Positions 16,354-25,567 of a stretch of DNA of 38,422 bases are shown here, one piece after another. The notes beneath the pieces were generated by a model. That model was given only the letters and a program-made list of their open reading frames with translations, searched no databases and was not told the origin of the DNA. Source of the DNA: Patescibacteria group bacterium. Lineage in GTDB: Bacteria; Patescibacteriota; Minisyncoccia; Phycocordibacterales; UBA2100. The stretch spans positions 1 to 38,422 of the forward strand of contig JANLHO010000057.1 in the NCBI GenBank assembly GCA_024654485.1, written 5' to 3'. Numbering within the stretch: the stretch's first letter is position 1; each line of letters opens with the position of its first letter. The position numbers and the translations under genes are program-made.

Positions 16354-19212
16354 ATGCTTGGTAATGCTCTGGGAACGAGATTGGAGGTAGGGCATCCTAT
16401 TTCCGACGGGGCAGGGAAGTTCAAATCCCCCGAAGAGGAGCTTACTTATTTGCGCGAGCGCGTACGCCAGCAGGAAGAAAAGCTTGAGACGCCCAAGAGC
16501 AAATTTGAGCACGACCGCATCGCGCACCGCGAGGTAGCGTCATACGCGGAAGTGCCAGCCGCGACCATCTTGCATGAGACGGTAGTGATGGCGGAGCACG
16601 ACATCATCCACCACGTCCTGAAGCTGGAGCCGGAAACGCACGACAAGCAGGTAGACGAGATACTGCGGCTCGTCCAGCAGCACGGCATCAGGAACGCGCT
16701 CTCGGTTGCTGCCCGCATGAAAAACCCGCATTTGGAGGACGATGTACACCGCGCGCTCGTGCGCTACATCGCGGAAGGACTGCCGGACAAGGGGATGGCT
16801 CCGCCGGAGAAAGTGCGCCGCGCTCTAAATATGGTCCTATTTGAGATACATCCGCAAGCGCACGGCGAGGGCGATAAGCAGGAGACGCAGCAGCACAAGC
16901 TGGAGCAGCTTCTTTCTTCTTCCGAGCAGCTCTACGCGGGTCTCCTCTCACTCATAGATTCGCACGAAGGGTTCTCCCTTGAGATCGCCGTCCCAGAAGG
17001 GAGCGAGGAGGCGTATCTCTACCTTGGCGTGCCGCGTGCGAAGAAGGTACTCGCCGAGCGCCTCATATCATCGGTATTCCCGAACGCCCGCGTCTCGGAA
17101 TCACGGGGCGATTACAATATTTTCAATTTTGACGGCGTACACGCCGCTTCGTACGCCACGCTCGCCGACCATGCATCACTCCCCCTGAAGACGCCGGACA
17201 TGTTTGAGCACGACCCGATGAACGTGCTCTTGGCGGCTTTCGCGAAGATAGCGAAGCATGGCGAGGGTGCGGCCATGCAGATAACCGTCTCAACCGCAGG
17301 CGACAGATACAACCATCATTACAAGAAGGTACTGCGACAGCTGGAAAAGGGCCACAACTTCCGCAAGGCCATCAAGGTCGCCGAGTCGGAGATAGGAGAG
17401 GCGCTCCAGACGGTGGCGAAGCAGATATTTTTGCCCAAAGAATACGAGATGGAGGTTGAGCGCCAGTTTCGCCGCTCATCCGATCAGGTGGCGACCGAGG
17501 AGATAACGCGCAAGGTCAAGACACGCATCGCTCCGACCTCCATACGCCTCGTGGCATCGGCCCCCTCAAAGGAGCGCGCTCGCGAGCTGCTTAGCAATCT
17601 GGAGGCGCCCTTCGGCCAATACGACAATTCGCGCGGCAACCGCATCAAATTCAAGCGCGTCTCAAGCTGGGGCTTGGCGGATTTTCTGCGCGATTTCACT
17701 TACAGGGCATTTGACAGCTCTATCGCCATGCCGCTATCGCTCGCCGAAGTGACCTCCGTATTCCACTTCACCGCCGAGCGCGTGACGACCTCGCGCGAGC
17801 TCAAGCGCAGCTTCGCCAAGCAATCCCCCGCGCCGGTGGAGACCGCGCCCGACGGAATCACGGTAGGGATCAACTCGTACGGCGCCGACGAGACGCCCGT
17901 GCGCTTCGGCTCGCAAGACCGCCTGCGGCACGCCTACGTAATCGGGCAGACGGGTACCGGTAAGACCGGCCTCATCAAGAACATGATAATTCAGGACATA
18001 AAGAACGGGGAGGGTGTCGCTTTCATAGATCCCCACGGCAACGACATAGAGGACGTGCTCGCCAGCATCCCGCCGGAGCGGATGAACGACGTAATATACT
18101 TTGATCCCGCATACACCGAGCGTCCGATGGGTCTCAACATGCTGGAATACGACCGCTCGCGCCCCGAGATGAAGACCTTCGTCGTGGACGAAGTGTACGG
18201 AATCTTCCGCAAGCTATACGCCGACGTGCCGGAGGCCTTCGGGCCGATGTTTGAGCAATACTACCGCAACGCCGTGCAGCTGGTCGTGGAGGATCCGGAT
18301 ACCGGCTCCACTTTCGTGGAAATACCGCGCGTTTTCGCCGACCCGCAGTTCCGCTCGCTGAAGATAGCGCATTGCAAGAATCCCATCATAGTGCAATTTT
18401 GGCGGAAGATCGCGGAGCAGGCGCAGGGCGACCCCTCGCTTGAGAACGTAGCACCGTACATCACTTCCAAATTTGACGTATTCCTCACCAACGACATCAT
18501 GCGCCCTATCGTCAGTCAGGAGAAGTCGGCTTTCAACTTCCGCGAGATAATGGACGGCAAGAAGATATTCCTAGCCAATCTCTCCAAGGGTCGCCTAGGC
18601 GACCGCAACACCGCGCTCCTCGGGCTAATACTCGTATCAAAATTCCTGCAGGCCGCATTCTCACGCGTGGACACGCGCGGCGAGCTTCCGGTCTTCTATC
18701 TTTACATAGACGAGTTCCAGAACTTCGCGACACCCTCAATAGCCACCATCCTCTCCGAGGCGCGCAAATACAAGCTCTCACTCACGATAGCGCACCAATT
18801 CATCGCGCAGCTTGAGGAGGACATCCGCGATTCCGTTATAGGCAACGTCGGTACGAAAGCATCCTTCCGAATCGGCACGCAGGACGCGGAATTCCTTGAG
18901 AAGCAATTTGAGCCGCTCTTTAGCGCACAGGACCTTGAGAATCTACCCAACCGCACCGCCGTCCTCTCGCTATTGGTCAACGGCGTACCGGCGCGGCCTT
19001 TCACGATCCGCACCGCCGACCTGCCGATAATGGACTACTCCAACATAGACGCTATGAAAGAACTTTCTTATCGCACATACGGAAAGGACAGGGAAGAGGT
19101 GGAGGCAGATATACGCCGCAAATTTGACGCGGCATACGGCAAAAAGCCCGCAGGCGGACTATCCGGTCTGGATATGTCTGGCCTGCCCGACCCGTCGTCG
19201 CTGTATCAGTAG
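16354..19212 (+). CDS. TraD/VirD4/HerA-like (type IV secretion coupling-type) ATPase
   Basis: HAYVIGQTGTGKT Walker A, FIDPHG, LYIDEFQNF Walker B, SEARKY, AHQFIAQL, GNVGT. Confidence 0.9.
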   Translation: MLGNALGTRLEVGHPISDGAGKFKSPEEELTYLRERVRQQEEKLETPKSKFEHDRIAHREVASYAEVPAATILHETVVMAEHDIIHHVLKLEPETHDKQVDEILRLVQQHGIRNALSVAARMKNPHLEDDVHRALVRYIAEGLPDKGMAPPEKVRRALNMVLFEIHPQAHGEGDKQETQQHKLEQLLSSSEQLYAGLLSLIDSHEGFSLEIAVPEGSEEAYLYLGVPRAKKVLAERLISSVFPNARVSESRGDYNIFNFDGVHAASYATLADHASLPLKTPDMFEHDPMNVLLAAFAKIAKHGEGAAMQITVSTAGDRYNHHYKKVLRQLEKGHNFRKAIKVAESEIGEALQTVAKQIFLPKEYEMEVERQFRRSSDQVATEEITRKVKTRIAPTSIRLVASAPSKERARELLSNLEAPFGQYDNSRGNRIKFKRVSSWGLADFLRDFTYRAFDSSIAMPLSLAEVTSVFHFTAERVTTSRELKRSFAKQSPAPVETAPDGITVGINSYGADETPVRFGSQDRLRHAYVIGQTGTGKTGLIKNMIIQDIKNGEGVAFIDPHGNDIEDVLASIPPERMNDVIYFDPAYTERPMGLNMLEYDRSRPEMKTFVVDEVYGIFRKLYADVPEAFGPMFEQYYRNAVQLVVEDPDTGSTFVEIPRVFADPQFRSLKIAHCKNPIIVQFWRKIAEQAQGDPSLENVAPYITSKFDVFLTNDIMRPIVSQEKSAFNFREIMDGKKIFLANLSKGRLGDRNTALLGLILVSKFLQAAFSRVDTRGELPVFYLYIDEFQNFATPSIATILSEARKYKLSLTIAHQFIAQLEEDIRDSVIGNVGTKASFRIGTQDAEFLEKQFEPLFSAQDLENLPNRTAVLSLLVNGVPARPFTIRTADLPIMDYSNIDAMKELSYRTYGKDREEVEADIRRKFDAAYGKKPAGGLSGLDMSGLPDPSSLYQ

Positions 19213-19245
19213 TTTTTGCCGTAGAAACATGCTACATTGTCGCTC

Positions 19246-19851
19246 ATGAAGCACCCCAAAGAAGAACGAACGCTGGTCATCATCAAGCCCGACGGCGTGC
19301 AGCGCGGGCTCATAGGCGAGATAGTCAAGCGATACGAAGGCCTCGGACTCAAGCTCGTAGGTCTCAAGATGCTCGTTCCGGATCCCGCGCACGTGGAGGC
19401 GCACTACACGCTGGATCCCGAGTGGCGGAAGGTGACGGGGGAGAAGACGATAAAATCGTACAGAGAAAAAGGGCTCACGCCCCCGTCGGAGGATCCGCTT
19501 GAGATAACGGCGAAGATACTCGCCAACCTCAAGAAATACCTGACCGCCGGCCCCGTCATCGCCATGGTCTGGGAAGGCGCGCACGCGGTCAAAATAGTCC
19601 GAAAGATTACGGGCGGCACGGAGCCGCTGACTTCCGACGTCGGCACCATACGGGGCGATTATGTGCTTGATTCGTACACCATGGCCGACGCCGACAACCG
19701 CGCGGTACGCAACCTGATCCATGCATCGGGCTCGGCAGGGGAGGCGGAAGCAGAGATAGCGCATTGGTTCAAGCCCGGAGAGCTCACCGACTATCGCATC
19801 ATCCACGAGGAGATTCTCTACGACGTCAATCTAGACGGCATCTTGGAGTAA
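19246..19851 (+). CDS. ndk: Nucleoside diphosphate kinase
   Basis: ERTLVIIKPDGVQRGLIGEI, GTIRGD, RNLIHAS catalytic His. Confidence 0.96.
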   Translation: MKHPKEERTLVIIKPDGVQRGLIGEIVKRYEGLGLKLVGLKMLVPDPAHVEAHYTLDPEWRKVTGEKTIKSYREKGLTPPSEDPLEITAKILANLKKYLTAGPVIAMVWEGAHAVKIVRKITGGTEPLTSDVGTIRGDYVLDSYTMADADNRAVRNLIHASGSAGEAEAEIAHWFKPGELTDYRIIHEEILYDVNLDGILE

Positions 19852-19866
19852 CGTGTTGCGCCGTGT

Positions 19867-19954
19867 GCGCCGGCTGGGCGAGATTTCGCGCCCTGCGGGG
19901 CTTGCTTCGCTTCGGGCAGGTCCTCTCGGTCCCGAAATCTCGCCCCGCTGGCGC
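19867..19954. repeat. REP-like inverted repeat downstream of ndk
   Basis: gggcgagatttcg (19876-19888) / cgaaatctcgccc (19933-19945) plus outer gcgccggc/gctggcgc. Confidence 0.7.
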
Positions 19955-19992
19955 TGCGATGTTTTGGAGCTCATGTTTCCATCTGCCAAGCG

Positions 19993-20040
19993 GTATACCA
20001 CCACACCCACTTAGTGCACTAAGTGGGTGTGGTGGTATAC
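19993..20040. repeat. Perfect 48-bp palindrome (family B); right arm plus next base forms TATACT
   Basis: gtataccaccacacccacttagtg|cactaagtgggtgtggtggtatac. Confidence 0.9.
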
Positions 20041-20047
20041 TTCTAAC

Positions 20048-20168
20048 AGCGGCCGGTACTTTAACCTGCTTGGTACAAGAAAGGGATTCTCATATCGTCG
20101 TAAGTATTACACTTGCGTACTGCGGAAACCCACCTGGATTCAAACCCCAGGCTTGCCGTACCGCCGCT
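20048..20168 (+). ncRNA. ssrS: Candidate compact 6S RNA (about 121 nt)
   Basis: Starts 6 nt after TATACT; closing stem agcggccggtac/gtaccgccgct; long irregular hairpin with central bubble; ACAAGAA-GGGA and CCCACCTG..TTCAAA segments resemble 6S conserved elements; followed by a terminator. Confidence 0.6.
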
Positions 20169-20202
20169 ACCAAAAAACTCCGCAATAGCGGAGTTTTTTG
20201 GT
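20169..20202 (+). terminator. Intrinsic (possibly bidirectional) terminator
   Basis: accaaaaaactccgc-aata-gcggagttttttggt. Confidence 0.85.
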
Positions 20203-20225
20203 GACGCGGATGATACACTTGTACG

Positions 20226-21608
20226 ATGCAAGCATCCAAGCTCACCTTTTGCGGCGGGACAGGAGCGGTGACCGGTGCGAATTTCCTCTTAGAGTATGGC
20301 GAACCGCCAGCCGGAGGGAAGCTCTTGGTGGATTGCGGAAGCTATCAGGGTGACCGCGAGCTGGAGAAGTCCAATGCGATGCCGTTCTCGTACGACCCCA
20401 AGAGCGTCGGAGATCTGCTCGTCACACATGCTCATCAAGACCACATAGGCCGCATCCCGAAGCTCGTACGCGACGGATTTTGCGGCGTCATCCACTCTAC
20501 GCCCGCCACACGCGACCTCTCTGAAGTCATGTTTGAGGATGCGCTGGGGATCATGGAGAGGCACGCGCAGCAATTCGGACGCGAGCCGCTGTATGCGAAG
20601 GAGGATGTGGAGCGCGCCCTTTCGCTCTGGCAGACGCGCGATTATCACGACGCCTTTGCCGTCGGTGACGCGGAAGCGATGTTTCTGGACGCGGGGCACA
20701 TTCTCGGCTCCGCTCTCGTGCGGCTTTCGCGTTCGGGACGCACTATTCTTTTTACAGGAGATCTCGGCAATACGCCGGAGCCGCTTTTGCGAGATACGGA
20801 GCATGCTGAGTCTGGCGAGGAGCCGCACTATATCGTCATGGAGAGCGTATACGGGGATCGCCTGCATGAGGGACGCGAAGAACGCCGCGAATTCCTGCAC
20901 ACCGTCATAGAAGACGTGCGCAAGCGAAGCGGAGTCTTGCTCATACCGTCGTTCTCCATAGAGCGCACGCAGGTTCTTCTGTACGAGCTCAATTCCATGG
21001 TGGAGGACGGGCAGATGCGCTCACTTCCCATATACCTGGATTCTCCTCTGGCACGACGCGTCACGGATATAGTCCGGAAATAGACCAAACTCTTCAACGA
21101 AATGGCGCAGGCGCGTATAGAGGACGACGACGACCTGTTTTCTTTCCCCGGTCTTGAGGTTATAAAGAACACGGGAGAGTCGCGCGCCATCCACAAGACG
21201 GGGAATCCCAAAATAATCATCGCCGGAGCGGGGATGTCCAGCGGCGGAAGGATACGCTCGCACGAGCGCGAGTATCTGGGCGACAAAAATGCCACTGTGC
21301 TCTTCGTCGGCTATCAGACGCCGGGGTCGCTGGGCCGCCGCATACAGGATGGCGCGCGCGAAGTGGAGATAGACGGCGCGCGCGTTAAGGTGCGAGCCCA
21401 AATAGAGCGCCTTGGGGGCTACTCGGGACACGCGGACCGCGACCAATTGCTGGAATTCGTTGAGCACGCAGGCGGCTCCATTGAGAAAGTCTTCGTGGCC
21501 ATGGGCGAGCCGAAGAGCTCTATCTATCTTGCGCAGCGCATCCATGATTTTTTCGGTATCAACGCTACTGTGCCGGAGCAGGGGGACACGGTAGAGCTTG
21601 AGTGGTGA
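20226..21608 (+). pseudogene. MBL-fold/beta-CASP ribonuclease-type hydrolase interrupted by one in-frame TAG (21081-21083)
   Basis: THAHQDH, AGHILGS, FTGDLG, GYSGHAD motifs; ORFs 20226-21083 and 21102-21608 are in the same frame and read VRK*TKLFNE. Confidence 0.8.
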
Positions 21609-21659
21609 GTTTTGTGCGCCCGGATTCTATACACAGCACTTACAACGCGGTACACTTCT

Positions 21660-22349
21660 ATGGCAATGGTGCGCAAAACCCTTCATCCGAACCATACCAC
21701 TCCGCCGGCCAATTTTTGCAGGCTGCCCGATGGCTACGGAGTCGTGAAGATATGCGTGTCGGGTGCCGCAGACACTGGCACGTGCGGCTTGGACGCATTT
21801 GAGACGGCGAAGGAGCTGGGCCGCGAAATATCCAAGAAGGGGGCCATTATAACGACGGGCGCCACGACGGGTTTCCCCATGTATGCGGCGCTCGGCGCAA
21901 AGGATGAGTGCGGATTTTCTATCGGATTTTCCCCGGCATCAAACGAGCGCGAGCACGTGGAGGTCTACAAGCTTCCGCTGGAATTTATGGACGTCATTAT
22001 TTACACCGGATTTGGCTATTCCGGCCGCGACCTGCTGCTGGTGCGTTCTTCTGATGCCATAATAATAGGCTGCGGCCGCATCGGCACCATCAATGAGTTC
22101 TCGGTCGCCTTTGAGGATCGCCGCCCTATCGGCATCTTGGAAGGCTCGTGGGGGACGGACGAGATATTGCGCCAAATGATAAAAGAGGCGAACCGCCCGA
22201 ACGAAAAGCTTGTGTACGATTCGGACCCGAAGGCGCTCGTAGAGCGTCTTGTGGAGATGGTGAAGCATGACAAAGAGAAGACCATGCTGGTCTACAACAA
22301 TCACGACAGCCGGAGCGCGACCGGAAAGGATTCGGAGGTCGTCTTGTAG
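21660..22349 (+). CDS. LOG/TIGR00725-like Rossmann-fold nucleotide-binding protein
   Basis: ICVSGAA, TTGATTGFP, SIGFSP, YTGFGYSGRD, GRIGTINEF; start may be 21660 or 21666. Confidence 0.8.
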   Translation: MAMVRKTLHPNHTTPPANFCRLPDGYGVVKICVSGAADTGTCGLDAFETAKELGREISKKGAIITTGATTGFPMYAALGAKDECGFSIGFSPASNEREHVEVYKLPLEFMDVIIYTGFGYSGRDLLLVRSSDAIIIGCGRIGTINEFSVAFEDRRPIGILEGSWGTDEILRQMIKEANRPNEKLVYDSDPKALVERLVEMVKHDKEKTMLVYNNHDSRSATGKDSEVVL

Positions 22350-22407
22350 GCCGATTTCGCGCACCCCCACCTCTCCACCCAGCTCCCGCGTGGGAATATC
22401 TTTCATC

Positions 22408-22438
22408 CCGATACTTAACATTTTTTGTTAAGTATCGG
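22408..22438. repeat. Inverted repeat between convergent genes
   Basis: ccgatacttaaca-ttttt-tgttaagtatcgg. Confidence 0.7.
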
Positions 22439-22454
22439 TCTTGTGGCGAAAGCC

Positions 22455-22488
22455 AAAAAGCCCGGCACGTTTAGCGCCGGGCTTTCGC
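22455..22488 (-). terminator. Intrinsic terminator after rplT
   Basis: aaagcccggc / gccgggcttt stem with a T5 tract on the minus strand. Confidence 0.7.
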
Positions 22489-22499
22489 AGACCGAGGAT

Positions 22500-22847
22500 T
22501 CAGCTCTTCAGCTCTTGGGCGAGTCGTGCAAAAGTCTCGGGGTGGTCCTTGGCCAGAGCCGCGAGTGATTTGCGGTCAAGCGCTATGGACTTCTTCTTCA
22601 GTGCGTTTATGAATTTGGAATACGAGAATCCGTTCTCACGCGCGGATGCATTTATGCGGATAGCCCAGAGGCTGCGGAATTCGCGCTTCTTGGCGCGGCG
22701 GTGGCGGAAAGCGTGCGCGCCCGCGTGCCGTATCGCTTCCTTGGCGACGCGCTCTTTGGACTTGCGGCCGAAGCGGTAACCCTTGGTCTGTGCCAGTATG
22801 TTCTTTCGGCGCTTATTCTTGGTCGTTCCCCGTTTTACTCTTGCCAT
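22500..22847 (-). CDS. rplT: 50S ribosomal protein L20
   Basis: MARVKRG, KGYRFGR, KKREFRSLWAIRINA, LDRKSLA. Confidence 0.98.
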   Translation of the reverse strand: MARVKRGTTKNKRRKNILAQTKGYRFGRKSKERVAKEAIRHAGAHAFRHRRAKKREFRSLWAIRINASARENGFSYSKFINALKKKSIALDRKSLAALAKDHPETFARLAQELKS

Positions 22848-22886
22848 ACGTAATGATTTCGTTTTCCGTGTTCCCGTTATTTTATT

Positions 22887-23075
22887 CTAATTTGTGCTTG
22901 GCAGGAAACGACTGCGGTTTTTGCCCGTCATCTCCATGCTGGAAGGGCGCTTGCGGCTCATGTGGCTGGAACCGGAGTCTTTAGCGTTGAAGTGATTCTG
23001 CCCCGGCGAGCGCGAGACTATCTTGCCGCGCTTCGTGACGCGCAGGCGTTTGGTATATGATTTGTTGGTTTTCAT
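22887..23075 (-). CDS. rpmI: 50S ribosomal protein L35
   Basis: MKTNKSYTKRLRVTKRGK, HFNAK; between infC and rplT. Confidence 0.93.
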   Translation of the reverse strand: MKTNKSYTKRLRVTKRGKIVSRSPGQNHFNAKDSGSSHMSRKRPSSMEMTGKNRSRFLPSTN

Positions 23076-23137
23076 ACGTTTTTGATTTGCATACCCCGTG
23101 GCGACGCTCCGCGCCGCTTTACGGGGTTGGTTTTCAT
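23072..23137 (-). CDS. Putative 21-aa upstream ORF duplicating the rpmI start (MKTNPVKRRGASPRGMQIKNV)
   Basis: 13-nt duplication tATGAAAACCAAC around a hairpin; its TGA overlaps the rpmI ATG. Confidence 0.4.
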   Translation of the reverse strand: MKTNPVKRRGASPRGMQIKNV

Positions 23138-23140
23138 ATC

Positions 23141-23290
23141 TTAGAGATTCTTAGCGAGCGCCACGAGCGTTAGAAGCTCTTAGACCCGCCTAAATTTGCC
23201 GAAGCAAAAGGCCGAAAAATCGGCCGTGCGGGAACTATACCGCATTGATTGCCTAGGTGCAACTTTAGAGCCAAATTTGGGCGGGCAAGG
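23141..23290 (-). repeat. Structured intergenic repeat family A, copy 4 (minus strand)
   Basis: Minus strand: cccgcccaaatttg...caaatttaggcggg-tctaagagcttctaac...ctcgctaagaatctctaa-gat-ATG. Confidence 0.85.
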
Positions 23291-23313
23291 TAAAACAGTA
23301 CTTATTTTACGTC

Positions 23314-23925
23314 TTACTCTTCGGGTGCCGGTTTTGGGGCAGGCGATACCTCCTTGGGCGCCGGCTTTGGCGAGGATTTCTTGGACGAGTCGCGCTCAAT
23401 GACCACCGAGAGACCTTTGGGGCTTTTCTGTATCTGCTCGGCCACCTTGTAGTTTTCGGGTATTACGGCGAGGAAACGCTCAAGCCTCTCCTTGAGGAAA
23501 TCAAATTCCATGTATTTGTATCTGCCCCACAGGAAGAGGTCTATCTTGACGCGATGGCCTTCCTTGAGCCAGACGGCGGCCTTGGAGGCTTTTATATGCA
23601 TGTCGCGCTCCGACGTACCTATCTTTACCTGCGTCACTTTTGTCTCCGTAACGTGCGCTTTCGCCTTCACGCCCTTTTCTTTCTTTTTCTGCTCGTATTT
23701 GAATTTCCCGTAGTCAGTTATTTTGGCGACAGGCGGCTTGGCGCCCGGAGATATCTCTATGAGATCCAGACCAAGCTCCTTCGCCTTTGCGATGGCTTCG
23801 CGCACGGGCAAGACACCGAAGTTCTCTCCTTCGGGCCCGATGACGCGCACTTCCGCCGCACGGATGCCCTCGTTCATGCGCGTGCGCGCTTTCTCCGCCT
23901 GTGAAGTATACTTTGTAAATCCCAT
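23314..23925 (-). CDS. infC: Translation initiation factor IF-3
   Basis: NEGIRAAEVRVIG, LDLIEISPGAKPPVAKITDYGKFKYE; infC-rpmI-rplT order. Confidence 0.96.
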   Translation of the reverse strand: MGFTKYTSQAEKARTRMNEGIRAAEVRVIGPEGENFGVLPVREAIAKAKELGLDLIEISPGAKPPVAKITDYGKFKYEQKKKEKGVKAKAHVTETKVTQVKIGTSERDMHIKASKAAVWLKEGHRVKIDLFLWGRYKYMEFDFLKERLERFLAVIPENYKVAEQIQKSPKGLSVVIERDSSKKSSPKPAPKEVSPAPKPAPEE

Positions 23926-23969
23926 TGGAAACTTGTCGGCGGATTATAACACGAAAGTGAAGTGCGCAC

Positions 23970-25529
23970 CTACTCCGCGTACACCCTGGCAGGCGCGCCG
24001 CCGAAGGGCTTCAGGTAGTAGAGAGCGCGCGACACCACTTGCTTCATGTTGTCCAGAAGATTGAACAGGGCGGAATTTTGCGGGGCAGGATTGGGAGCAC
24101 TTTGCGACAAGTCCGACGATGTGAAAGTCTGCCCCCCTGCGGGCGGCTGTTGTTGGGCTGCATTCCCTTGTGCGCGTGCCTGCGCCTTCGTTAGCACCTG
24201 CACATCGGCGGATTTTGGCTCCTCGGTGTCCCCGTCGTCGCCCTCGTTGCCTGCGGGTCTGCCTATCTCTCCTGTTTCGGCCATGCCACTCGCGATTCCG
24301 CTAGCAAACTCTCCTATTTCCGGATTGAGCGCTATGGGCGTAGAGGAGGCATCTCCGTCGGGGGAACCGACATCAACAGAGCCGCTCACCGGCTCCGCGT
24401 ACAGTCCTATGATGTCCGCCGCGGATGGATTGTTCGCCGACCTTATGCTCTCCGAGACGGGATTCGTTTCCGGCGTACTGGACGGCGAGCTTGCACGCGC
24501 CGGCGACGGCTGTGCTGGCGCGCATGTGTTGCCGGAGCATCCATTGGCGCATTTCTGCAGGGCGATGGCTTGGCAGGATGAGCTGTTGTAATAGTAGGTC
24601 CCGTCCTTGCAAGAATAGCTAGGCGTGCACGGCGTGGGCGACCCCGTCTCTCCCTGCGGCTGCGAGCCGCCGCCGCTGGTACCCGCGCCGCTCGGCGAAT
24701 TGGCGCCGCCCGTGCTCTGCTGCGGAGGAGGCGGAGGAGGCGGGGGAGGCTGCTGCTGTTGCTGCTGATTTTGACCACCAAAGAATTTTCGCAATGCATC
24801 GCTCAAGCCGCCGGATGGTGCCGCATGCGGGTATTCATCGGGGAAGTCGTAATAATTCGGAGGGATATCCTGATCCGGAGGCACGTTGCCGCCCGCGCTG
24901 CAGCCGCCTTTTTTGGGCACGAAGTGCACTTTGTCCTTGAATCCGAGATAAAAAGTGAGTCCGAATGACGGGGCCGCTCTGTGCAGCTTCGCGTAGTTCG
25001 CTTCGGAATTCGTATTGATGTCTATGGCTATGCCGCTAGGATGTTCACATCGCTGTACGCCTTTCTTCCCGCACGCTATACCGCCCTTCCCGCTTATGTA
25101 TCGCTGATAGTACTCGTTCTGTTTTTCAGGAGTCCGGTATCCTTCCTTTACGCATACTGGTATCCCGTTCTGTGACGCGCTTTTGATGAAGTTGGTTGCG
25201 CATTGCGCGAATTTCGCATCCAGACCCTGTATCGTACCGTCCGCTCCTGCGCCGCCGTAGTTGTCACCGTCTACCTTGCACAAAATGCTTCTCAGGTACT
25301 CCTTAGCCTGGCCCGCGGCCTGCCCGATATTCGGGTCCGTCGGCTTCCAGCAGCTCCCGATCACGAGGTAATCGTCGGGGAACCCTGCCGCTTTCATGAG
25401 AGGCAGGTCCTCGGCCGTCGCCGGACGCTCGCCCGGATTCGGGCATGTGACGGCGAGCGTTGGACTTGGCGCAATGCCTGCTACCAGGAACACGCCAAAC
25501 ACCGCAACGGATACGGAAGCTACGCGCAT
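23970..25529 (-). CDS. Secreted peptidase M15-family (peptidoglycan peptidase) domain protein with Q/P-rich and Cys-rich tail
   Basis: Signal peptide; EGYRTPEKQ, HPSGIAID, DKVHF zinc motifs; start ATG 25529 behind TATACT. Confidence 0.75.
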   Translation of the reverse strand: MRVASVSVAVFGVFLVAGIAPSPTLAVTCPNPGERPATAEDLPLMKAAGFPDDYLVIGSCWKPTDPNIGQAAGQAKEYLRSILCKVDGDNYGGAGADGTIQGLDAKFAQCATNFIKSASQNGIPVCVKEGYRTPEKQNEYYQRYISGKGGIACGKKGVQRCEHPSGIAIDINTNSEANYAKLHRAAPSFGLTFYLGFKDKVHFVPKKGGCSAGGNVPPDQDIPPNYYDFPDEYPHAAPSGGLSDALRKFFGGQNQQQQQQPPPPPPPPPQQSTGGANSPSGAGTSGGGSQPQGETGSPTPCTPSYSCKDGTYYYNSSSCQAIALQKCANGCSGNTCAPAQPSPARASSPSSTPETNPVSESIRSANNPSAADIIGLYAEPVSGSVDVGSPDGDASSTPIALNPEIGEFASGIASGMAETGEIGRPAGNEGDDGDTEEPKSADVQVLTKAQARAQGNAAQQQPPAGGQTFTSSDLSQSAPNPAPQNSALFNLLDNMKQVVSRALYYLKPFGGAPARVYAE

Positions 25530-25567
25530 ACTTAGAGTATACAAGAGCTTCGGTGCTCTCGGGCGGG

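Noticed and set aside
16354..19212. Conjugative element
   Set aside because: No relaxase, VirB4 or mating-pair genes nearby; stand-alone ATPases of this type are common in CPR chromosomes
20048..20168. SRP RNA or tRNA
   Set aside because: No SRP helix-8 motif (CAGG...GGAAGCAGC), and no cloverleaf
21081..21083. Genome-wide stop codon reassignment
   Set aside because: TAG ends rpsS, rpmC, rpsE and secY, and TGA ends adk, purD and ftsH at expected positions, so code 11 applies
24715..24770. Tandem repeat array
   Set aside because: Low-complexity codons for a poly-Gln/poly-Pro linker within the M15 protein
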